From the NCBI GenBank assembly GCA_024181965.1, contig BQXS01010807.1, positions 1-38,684 of the forward strand: 38,684 nt of DNA, given 5' to 3'. This document shows positions 10,831 to 21,749 of this stretch, piece by piece (position 1 is the first letter of the stretch; each line of letters begins with the position of its first letter). The notes below the pieces were generated by a model, which saw only the letters and a program-made list of their open reading frames with translations, made no database searches and was not told the origin of the DNA. The DNA comes from Aduncisulcus paluster. Taxonomy: Eukaryota. A program made the translations under genes and the position numbers.

Positions 10831-13800
10831 ACCGATGAAGTACGTAAAATTTGATCATTTTAAAACAAATATAATTTTATTTATAATATGAGTGTAATTC
10901 TGTCCCTAATTGATTTATTTTCTTTATTTTTCATTTTTAAAGGAAATTCCTCAGCCCAAATCAACTTTGAAAGGTCCCTATGGATCTACAATTCTCATAT
11001 CAGGATGTCCTGCCAGTTGGAATGGGAATGATGTTACGGATGTTTTATCTTGTGCATTCAAGGAGGGTGTACTGCCATCTGTGGCTGAAGATTGTTCGAT
11101 TCCCAAATATTATCCGGATGTCACTTCAATAGGGAGAGGTCTATTCAAACTCACATTTGATGGTGTCAAAGAAAATCAAAATCCTGTTGAATTTGCTAAT
11201 TCCTTCGCTGGATACATTCCTATAGATTTCCGTTACCACGCTGACCTTGACTCTATTGATTCTTCTAAACTTGTAAAGATAGTTGTTCATTTACAAGATC
11301 TAAAGACAAGAGAGTGGATTGAATGGAAAGAACAAGAGCACGATCCAAAGGTTCAACATTATTTTAGATTTACGAATATTCCTTTATTTATATCAGAAAA
11401 ATCAGAATATGGTGAAATTCCCGCAAGTTCAGGTCAAAACAAAGGGAAATTCAAGTATTCTAGTTCCAAAAAAATTGAAAATGATGATGATTCCTCCTCA
11501 TCTTCGGATGACACTGCCGTAAAGAAAGGGTGGCTTCCACGAACTGTTAGCAAATCAAAGGAATCTGGAGTATATTCCAGGAAAAAAAGAGATAAATTAC
11601 AAAAACAACAAGATTTATCAGAAATTGCAGAAGTACGTTTCTTTTGATATTGGATACTATATTATTAATTTACAAATTGTTAACTTGAATTTATTTTCTA
11701 TTTATTATNNNNNNNNNNNNNNNNNNNNGGAAATTCAAGTATTCTAGTTCCAAAAAAATTGAAAATGATGATGATTCCTCCTCATCTTCGGATGACACTG
11801 CCGTAAAGAAAGGGTGGCTTCCACGAACTGTTAGCAAATCAAAGGAATCTGGAGTATATTCCAGGAAAAAAAGAGATAAATTACAAAAACAACAAGATTT
11901 ATCAGAAATTGCAGAAGTACGTTTCTTTTGATATTGGATACTATATTATTAATTTACAAATTGTTAACTTGAATTTATTTTCTATTTATTATCTTTCTAT
12001 GTTAAGATTCAGCTCGTTCAACCAGAGTTTATCCATTTTGGGGACGGATTTTGCTGTCCAATTCCTCTTGATGCTCCCAATATCAAGAGTCCAGATTATT
12101 TAACAATTAAGGCGAGATATATCCAAAAAAAAACCGATCATTCGTACGATCAGAGTTCTGAAGCACAAAAGATGATGAAAGGAGAACCTAATGATGGATC
12201 TTTTTCCTATATTTCTATCCCTTTCTCCTCATCTTCACCAATCAAGGGTGCTTATATGTGCCTTTACTCCCACAAAACACATCCTTCTCATCTTACCTTC
12301 ACTTTTACATCCTCAAAGAGTGAAAAGAAATCCAAGAAATATGAATTTCATGAATCGGAAGGTAGTCATCATTGGTATTTCCTCCCTGTTGATCTGCCAG
12401 ATGTTGTTTTGTGTGAAATTACGGGGAAAGGAAGAGGTAAATCACATTTTTATTTTAAAATCTATTCTCTTGTCTTCATAGGTCGCGATGAAACCTCTGA
12501 AGAAATTATCCTTCGTGAAACCCAAGAAAAACTATGGTCTGATGCTCCAAATGTGAAACCGGAGGTTATTAAGGAAGAAAAAACTCAAGATTTACAGGAT
12601 ATATTACGTGTTGACCAAGTAGTTATTGGTCTTTCATCTGATATGATTGTAGCCAAGAATGATTCAGTATGTAAGGAATCTAAAGATTACGATCAGAGGG
12701 AAAAAGCACAACAAATGTTAGTCGGAGAAAGTGAAGTATATTTGTCATATCTTTCCATCCCTATCCCATCACCTAGTCCCATAAAAGGTGCTTATCTTTG
12801 TGTAGGTAAGAATACCAGTTCTCCCTCTCTTCTCTTCACTTTCACTGATTCTGATGGCAAGAAGACATCCATAAAGTATACATTCACAAGACCTAAACAT
12901 AAATATGAATGGCTCTTCCTTCCTATTGATTTGGATAACGTTGTATTGTGTGAGATTGAAGGGAAAGGAATTTGGAGAGAGGAGAATTGTCGATGTTTTA
13001 AAATTGATTCTTTGGTTTTCCTTCGGCATCGTATTTTAATAGGAGAACTCGATTTTATTCATGAAGGTAATTTTCCTTGTATTCCAATTCCTCGAGATGA
13101 TCCAACTTTTCTCAGCCCAGACTTTCCTGCAATTAAAGGAAATATTACAGAAGACAGTGATGAATATGATGAAATCGACTGTGAATATTACGATGATAGT
13201 GCCCAGCATATGTTAAAAGGTGAGGGACGTATATTTACAGATCTTTCAACGGAGTTTTCTTGTATTTCTGTTCCTTTCAAACTCTCGACCTCCATAAAAG
13301 GCGCTTATGTCTGTTTGTCGAAGAATTCCAGAAATAATTTTACTTCATCTCTTTCATTTACATGCACTACTTCAATTGGAACTAAAATATCGTATATATA
13401 TAAATTTGATGAGTTTTTTGATGGTGTGACTCAGGTGGCAAAAGGATTTTGGTTTCACCTTTCAATTAATCTCCCTGATGTTGTGTTATGTGAGATTGAA
13501 GAAGGAGAGAGGAAAATGAAGCAATTTTCTATTATTTCCCTTGCTTTTCATCGAGAAGATACCCCTGAAGAATATATTGCTCGGGAAAAAAGAAGAATTG
13601 ATCTTGAAGAACAATGGTTGAAATCTGCAGCCGTGACACCGGAGTTCATAACCGAAGGAAATTTTGATGGCGTTGATGATTCCCTGATCATAAATCCTTC
13701 NNNNNNNNNNNNNNNNNNNNTATATATATAAATTTGATGAGTTTTTTGATGGTGTGACTCAGGTGGCAAAAGGATTTTGGTTTCACCTTTCAATTAATCT

Positions 13801-16050
13801 CCCTGATGTTGTGTTATGTGAGATTGAAGAAGGAGAGAGGAAAATGAAGCAATTTTCTATTATTTCCCTTGCTTTTCATCGAGAAGATACCCCTGAAGAA
13901 TATATTGCTCGGGAAAAAAGAAGAATTGATCTTGAAGAACAATGGTTGAAATCTGCAGCCGTGACACCGGAGTTCATAACCGAAGGAAATTTTGATGGCG
14001 TTGATGATTCCCTGATCATAAATCCTTCGTTCTCACTTGCAAGCGGAAAAAATGATGTTTATTGTAAAGATTCCAACGAGTATGATCAAAGCTCAAGAGC
14101 GCAGAAAATGTTGAAAGGAGAAGATCGCGGATTATTTGGGGGCGATATCAAATCATCGTATGTGTCTATATCCCATCTTTCCATTCCTTTCTTATCACCT
14201 AGTCCCATGAAAGGTGCTTATATTCGTGTGGATAAGCATTTAAGTTCACCCTCTCTTCTCTTCACTTTCACTCTTTTAAATGGCATGAAAATATCAAAGA
14301 AGTATGAATTCAAAATTCCTGAGCATAGTTATGAATGGTACTTCCTTCTAGTTGATTTGCCTAACGTTATTTTGTGTGAAATTCAGGGTAAAGGAACATG
14401 GAAGCAGAAACAAAGTAGAAATTTTAGGATAGAATCTCTTGTTTTCATTACAGGCGACAATATTCCTCCTCTTCCTTTTGATTCCACAAAGGCTGTCAAA
14501 CATGACTCTTTCACCATAACTTCCTCTGCAACCATCACTCCTCAGTGCATCATTGGTCATGGTGGATTTGGTGAGGTTCTTCTTGTTGAAGTTGAAGGTA
14601 TTCCCATTCCTTGTGTTTTGAAGAAAATGCTCCGTGAAACAGATGAAAAGGTTGTTGAAGATTGTCGAAAGGAGTTTAAGATGCAACGAAAGTTATTTAA
14701 CAATCCCAAATGTTTCAACCGTATCCCACGTCCTTTGTATATTCTTGATCTGCTTGATGCCGATATGAAAGGTGTTTATGGATTTTTGATGGAATTTTGT
14801 TCTGGAGGCAGTGTTAAAGACTTTGCTAGAAGTTGGTGTGTTGATGGTAAGTATATGCGTGAGGATGATGTTGCCACTGATACTACTGAAGAAGAATCTG
14901 ATGAGGGAGGAGATTTTCAGGATGACAGATACTTCTCTGAATATAGTTTTGAAGAATCTTGTTTTGAATCCTCAAATTCTCATTCTGTCAGTAATAATCA
15001 AGTTAGTATTGACCCCATGACCCTAAATCCTGTAAAAGTGTGTGCTCTCTGTGTTGGAATGATCGAGTGTCTTGATGATGCGTTCAGAGCAAAGAGAAGT
15101 CTTGTCCATCGAGATGTTAAACCAGATAACTTCCTTGTTCGGGTAGATCCCGATTCAAAGAAATGTACTATTGTTCTTTCTGATCTTGGAATGGTCCAAA
15201 TCTTAGATTCTATGATTTCTTCAACAACTTCAAAGTCGACTATTTATTCAATCAAGAGCGAAAAAAAGACAATCCCCCAAAACAAAAGGGTTCCAGATGT
15301 GGAACTCTTGTATATAATTCGTATGAAACTCTTATGGATGGGACTCAGACTCAAAAGAGTGATGGATATTCTCTTGGCATGTCGATTCTTGCCTTGTTCT
15401 TATATAAACAGCCGTTTGTTTCATTGCCAATTTTTAAGGAAGTTTACAAGAAAGTTCATATTGGAAAGGCAAGCAATATTGATATTCTGAAAGTTCTGAT
15501 AGATGTAATGGAAAATAATATGTGTCCACGTCTCTCTCGATCTCCTTTGTTTAAAACCTTGTTAACCATTGAAGATGGGAAATATAAACTTGTTCATGAG
15601 GTTTTGAATGAAGTATTCACGGGTCTAACCAAAATAGATGAAGATGAACGTATGAGTGTTCATGAAGCTCGCAAGAAGGTGCAAACCATCAAACATTTAT
15701 TGCCCCAGATTGGAGAAGGATTTGAATGTCCATCCATCGAAGATATTGTAAAACGTCAGCTTGCAAAGCATCAAGGTGATACTGGATCCATTGAAGGGGG
15801 GATTAAAACTGAAAAAGAAAAGGATAATCCCTTGTCGGTTACATTACCCTCCGAATTCCAGAGTCGGGAAAAGGAATCTCGTGATACTCCATCATATGAT
15901 AGAGAATTACCACATGGTTCACAAACGTCGGCATTATCAACAACACGGAGTACTTTGGATGATCCTAGGAATCCTTTGATACATGATGTCAAAAGTGATG
16001 ATGACGCAATACAAGATTCAGAAGGCGATCACCAGGATTTATTCATTTAA
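10807..16050 (+). CDS. Repeat-domain Ser/Thr kinase, paralogue A: RRM-like exon + 4 beta-rich repeats + kinase; 1-nt frameshift in an A7 run
   Basis: Exon 10807-10839, intron 10840-10942, exon 10943-11632, intron (GTACGT; complete copy 11917-12006), and main exon from 12007. Kinase motifs GHGGFGEV, VLKK, HRDVKPDN, DLG, CGTLVYNSYE and SDGYSLG. One extra A in 15261-15267 joins ORFs 13754-15490 and 15334-16050 (KSEKKDNPPKQKGSRCGTLVY). Confidence 0.85.
11445..11992. other. Gap with duplicated flanks (11445-11708 = 11729-11992); assembly overlap artefact
   Basis: The same 264 nt lies on both sides of the 20-N gap at 11709-11728. Confidence 0.88.
13393..14028. other. Gap with duplicated flanks (13393-13700 = 13721-14028); assembly overlap artefact
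   Basis: The same 308 nt lies on both sides of the 20-N gap at 13701-13720. Confidence 0.88.
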
Positions 16051-16371
16051 ATGATTTAAAGGAGAGGATTCAGAAATTTGTTCAATAATTTCATGTACAG
16101 TGTACATTGTATACGCATTACAATGGCAAAGTGCATCAGGATTCAGAATAAAACGACCCATTGAAAAAGGCATCAATCGTCTGGAGTCTCCAGTAGTCTG
16201 TCAATACCACAAGAGAAGGTGACAATCAAAATAGACAAGACGGGATTGCCCTCTCAGTAGTTCTTAAGTCGAAATAATAGTTTACAATGAGTTTGTTTCC
16301 TTACAGTATATGACTGTAAGTTACAGTCAAGACTGATCAATAATGAAAAGGAAGATATTGTGATTTTCGAG

Positions 16372-18515
16372 TCATTTTGGATCAAATTTAGATCTAAATT
16401 GAGATAATTGTTGACTGTCATCCCATCCATTTTGCATACAAATACTATCCATTGGTTTGCTCTGAATGGTGCTAACAGAACCATTTGGTTTATGAAGATG
16501 TTCATCGATAATATCATCAATTGATGGACATTTCCACCCTTCTCCGATCTCTGGGAGAAGATGCTTGATAGTTTGAACCTTTTCTCGGGCTTCATGGACA
16601 CTCATTCGGAGATCAACATCAAATTGTGTTATCTCATTGAAGACTTCGTTAAGACAATGATAAACAGGCTCATACTTCCCCCCTTCAATGGTTAAAAGAG
16701 ATTTGAAAAGAGGAGAATTTGATAGTTTTGGAGTCAATCCAGTTTCAATAAGTTCTGATAATTTTGCCATGAAATAAATGTCAGATTTTACCCTTACTAG
16801 CGCTGGATGACCAAGAAATGGAGGAATACACGTGAATAAAGAAAGCATTGATAACCCAAGAGAATATCCATCGCTTTTTTGGGATTGAGTCCCTTCTTTT
16901 AATGCTTCGAAAGAATTATATACAGGTGTTCCACAGCTTGACTTTTGTTCTTCCTCAAAATGATCCGATTTATCTCCGGTTATTTTTAGAGAAGATGAAA
17001 TGTCAGCTTCCATAGAAGAAGACATAAATGAAGAGATTGAATGCTGTATTTGAGCAAGACCAAGATCTGCAAGAACAACGGTGCACTTCTTAGAATCGGG
17101 ATCAACACGAACAAGGAAGTTGTCTGGTTTCACGTCTCGATGGACAAGAGTTGGTTTAGCGATGAACACATCATCAAGACACTCGATCATCCCAACACAG
17201 AGAGCACTCACTTTTACAGGGTTTAATGTCATTGGGTTAAAAGACAAAATATCATCTTGTTGGGAATCCATTCCAACAGAATCAGAATAGCTTGATTCAA
17301 AACTTGACTCAGAATCTTCATCTCGAAATCCACAACTATTTTCATCCTCTGCTTTAAAATACTTGTCATCGGTACACCATCTCTTTGCGAAGTCTTTAAC
17401 ACTGCCTCCAGCACAAAATTCCATCAAAAATCCATAAACACCTTTCATATCGGCATCAAGGAGATCAAGAATATACAAAGGACGTGGGATACGGTTGAAA
17501 CATTTGGGATCATTAAATAATCTAAGTTGCATCTTGAACTCCTTTTTGCACCCCTCAACAACCTTTTCATCGGCCATTCGAAGCATCTTCTTCAGAACGC
17601 AAGGAATTCCATCCACTTCAACAAGAAGAACTTCTCCAAATCCACCATGTCCGATTACACACAGTGGAGTTATATCCTTTGATGATTTTAAGGTTTCCAC
17701 ACGAATATGTGGGTGCTTGCGTTTGTGTTTGTGCTTGTGCTTATCTTTGTTTTTTTGATCATGTTGATCTTTATCCTTGGTCTCTCCTCCATCGCTTGAA
17801 TCTTTCATTTCTCCATGAGAATGCTTATCTTCCATTTCATTGTCTTTTTCTTCTTCCTTTTTTGCTTCTTCTTTATCTTCTTTTTGCTTTGAAATGGTAG
17901 AAGAAGATCCACAAGTCGAAGAAGAGTTTCCAATGGAAGAAACAAATCCAGACGAAGATAATATTTGCATTGTGCCACGAGAAAAAGTTGAAGACGCACT
18001 TCCAGCTGACATGACGGTGCCTTTGAACATCAATGAAGAGATCCGATAATATCGACTATTATTTTCTTTCCAAGAACCTTTTCCTTCAATTTCACACATG
18101 ATTACATTAGAAAGATCAACAAGAAGATAATACCATTCACAATAATACTTAGGTCTTGCAAATTCATACATCTTTGACGTAATCTGACCGTCAGAATGAG
18201 TGAAAAGGAATAAAAAAGTCGGTGAGCAGGAAATATCAACGCATATAAAGATTCCTTTCATGAGGATTGGCGATGGAAAAGGGACGGAAAGATGAGAAAA
18301 GTATACACCACCTTCACCTTTCAACATTTTTTGAGCCATTAAGCTTTGATCGTATCTAGTAGATTCTTTGCTCTTCGAATCATCTTTTGACTCTACCATA
18401 GAAACTATTGGAGTTAATATCGACGGATCATCACGAGAAATTGGCACCGCCAGTCGATCTCCTTCTTTAATGAACTCAGGCTTTACCATTTCCTGAAAAA
18501 GGTAATAAACACGAC

Positions 18516-18556
<41 letters not shown>

Positions 18557-20499
18557 TAAAATAATGTTTTTAAAAAAAACAAATAGCGAAACAACAAAAA
18601 TATTTAACATACGGCCCCTGACCATTGTTGTTGGATTGAAGATTCTCTGAAAGATCTGATTAAATACTCGTCTGGAGTTTCTTCTCTTACAAATACAAGA
18701 GATTTAATGACAAAACACCCTTCTTCCTTTCCTTTTCCAGTAATTTCACAGAAAACAACATCAATTAACCCAATAGGAAGAAATAACCATGCATATCTCT
18801 TCACATCTTGTTGGAATTCGAACTTCTTGGATAGTGTTTCTCCCTTTGACGAGGTGAAAAAAAACGAAAGATATGATGGAAATGTCACTGTTGACACACT
18901 ATCATGAACACAGATATAAGCACCTTTCACGGGAGTTGGTGAGGAGAAAGGGATCGAAACACGAGTATAAACACCATTTGAATACTCTCCTTTCATCATT
19001 TTTACAGCATTATGAGTCTGAAAATATTCTTTGTCTTCACAATCTTTCGTTTCGTTTTGTGCTCCCATTTCATCATAATCAGGAATAATGACTGATGGAT
19101 CATCAAAAGACATTGGATTGCAATCTTCATTTCCCTCATGAACGAACTCAGGCATGTTGATCAAACGAGCAAGGAACGTTTCTGACTTCTTACAGCTTCC
19201 AGATAAGACAGGAGGAGTCTTCAAACGGACTTCCTCCTTGCGCAAGAAGACAAGTGAAGGAATCCTGAAATGTCGACTATTTTTACCTTTCCAGGTACCT
19301 CTTCCTTGGATCTCACACATAATAACGCCAGATAAGTCAATGGGAAGGGAATGCCATTCTCGATAATTCTTTGGAGGCATAAATTCATACTTCTTTGACG
19401 TTTTTTTACCGTTTGAATGTGTGAATGTGAAGAGAAGAGATGGAGAGCTATGATACTCGTCGACACAGATAAGAGCTTTTCCAATGGCACTTGGCAAAGA
19501 AAAGGGAACATACAGATGAGATAATGAAAGTCCCCCTTCGCCTTTTAACATGCTTTGGGCAGAAGCGCTCTGATCATAGCTCTGGGATTCTATCATTTCT
19601 GTCTCATCCCAAGACTTTACCATAGAAAGAAATGGATTAATGACGTGTGAATCGAAACGAGAAATTGGAATTGATGCCAATCCACCCTTTTTGATAAATT
19701 CAGCCTGGAATAGCGGCTATAACATTCAAACATGGGAGTTTTATCATCAAAATGAAGCAATTATATAAGATTTCAGGTTCACGAAAAATGATTTTAAAAT
19801 TGAAAATGAACAATAAACATTTATAATAATATTAAGACATACAGCAGCTGTCCAAAGCTTTTTAAGGGCAATTTCGTTGACTTCACGAGAGAATACTTCC
19901 TCTGGAGTCTTTTTTCGATGAATAAAAACAATGGATCGTATTGAAAAGCATTTTTTCGTAATTTTTTTCTTCTCTTTTAATCTTTCTCCTTCAATCTCAC
20001 ACAGAACAATATCAGCTAGATCAATTGGAAGATAAAACCAGCAAATACTTTCTAATTCAGGAAATTCATACTTTTTGAAGATTTTCCCTTTCTTGGAAGT
20101 TGAAAAAATGAAACAAAGGAAAGTATTTGGCACCATAAAATAGGTTTTCTTCTCGATGCAGATATAAGCACCTTTAATGGGGGTAGATGAACGAAAAGGT
20201 ATTGAAATGGATGTAAATTTCCCGTTATTCCACTTTCCTATCATCATTTTTTGAGCTTCAGCACTCTGATCATATTCCCGGCGGTATTTCTTGTCTTTTC
20301 TTTCATCTTTTCCACTGATACATGAAATGTGTGGATTTATGATCGCAGGATCATCACGGGGGATGGGAATGGAATCTTGACCACCATTATGAACAAATTC
20401 TGCCAGGGTTACATCTTCGATATCCTTTGGTCTTTGGGGATCGATAGGTTTAATTATTGTACTAAAATAAAATATAATATTAGATGAATATTTTTTCAA
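16372..20499 (-). CDS. Repeat-domain Ser/Thr kinase, paralogue B: 4 repeats + Ser/Lys/His linker + kinase; apparently intact, 5' exon unresolved
   Basis: Three ORFs are joined by phase-0 introns 19717-19842 (LWTAA|PLFQAEF) and 18493-18612 (QWSGA|EMVKPEF), both GTATGT...AG. Kinase motifs GHGGFGEV, HRDVKPDN, DLG and CGTPVYNSFE. Confidence 0.87.
18517..18554. repeat. 38-nt poly(A) run (poly-T on the coding strand) inside an intron of kinase B
   Basis: Homopolymer within intron 18493-18612; it explains the spurious poly-Phe in the ORF track. Confidence 0.85.
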
Positions 20500-21217
20500 A
20501 AATTTTGACGGGAGAAAAAATAGTTAGGCGAGTATAAATAAAATTTGTTGATTAAATATATATTATTGAGCCATAGATACATCAATAAATGCAAACATAC
20601 GGAGTTTGTATTATTTTTATGTGAGTCCAATGAAGAAAAAAGCATGTTTTTCGATTCGGTTCAAGTTCATACCTGAGGAATTATTGAATAATGGAATCAC
20701 ATGGTTATATAAAACATAAACTGCAAATATAAGAGCCTTTATATTATTTCCACCCGAAAAATTAATTATTGCACTATTATTTTGAAGGATTTTAATGGTG
20801 AATCTCCACGAGGAATTTCATATCGAGAAATAATCTCTTTTTCAATATTATTTGCGCAAATCAAAGAAATTAGAGAAAATAATGAACCATTTCTGATATT
20901 ATATATAAAAAAATGGGGTTTACGCCAAGAAGTAATGACGACAACTCGAAAAAGGACTAAACGATTATTAAATAACATTATATGGGCACAATAGAACCGA
21001 TTTTATATATAAATAGTCAATAAATAATGTAATATTTTGTTGTTATTCTCCTTGAGAAGCTATTGAAAACAAACTTTCGATAATTATGAGAGAATTTAAA
21101 GTAAAATACATAAATATCTTGAATCTAAGATATCATTAATTTTCCAAAGATATCAACGATCAAGATGATCTATATTTATCAAATGATTTGGAGATGGATG
21201 AAAACCGAGAAACACCA

Positions 21218-21749
21218 AATATAAATGTCTACCAGGGAATCCACAACATTCACAGACAACGTCCATAACTTATCATAACACAAAAAAACTTTACAATGCA
21301 ATATGTGAACAAAACTCGGGAGTTAGGAAACGATTTTGTATCAGGAGTGGAATGACAAGACTAGTATCCAATATATGTTAGAAAGAAAACACTTATATAT
21401 TTTAATCGATATATTCTGCAATGTTATCCTGCATTGTTATTATACAGAGATTTGAATTCTAAAACTTCATTTCTTCCCATTGTAAAAGAAATAGTGAAAA
21501 TATTGTATGTCATAATTTTTCATTAGTTAGATATTAACTTCTTGTCAATCCATAATCACCCTGTTTTATTCACTGATTCTCTCGCTGGCTGTTCTTTTTG
21601 TTCTTGTCGTCATTTCCTCCTTGAAATGCACTAAATGTTCGATGATTGTGGTGACATTCTTTGTTAAAATTATCATATCATTTTTAGTATTGTTCGTGTT
21701 CTCATCATAGACCATCAAGAACACCATGGATCCAAAATCAAGCTCAGAA
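21218..21749 (+). repeat. ~530-bp duplicated block (upstream region + first 8 codons), copy 2
   Basis: Nearly identical to 10299-10830. Confidence 0.9.

Noticed and set aside
11445-14028. Tandem duplications inside kinase A
   Set aside because: Each pair is identical and exactly abuts a 20-N gap, which is typical of unmerged contig overlaps.
15261-15267. Programmed ribosomal frameshift in kinase A
   Set aside because: It is a single-base difference in an A7 run and paralogues are continuous here; a sequencing indel or recent mutation is simpler.
20766-21210. Short ORFs between kinases B and C
   Set aside because: Very AT-rich, no recognisable motif, and no consistent splice structure.
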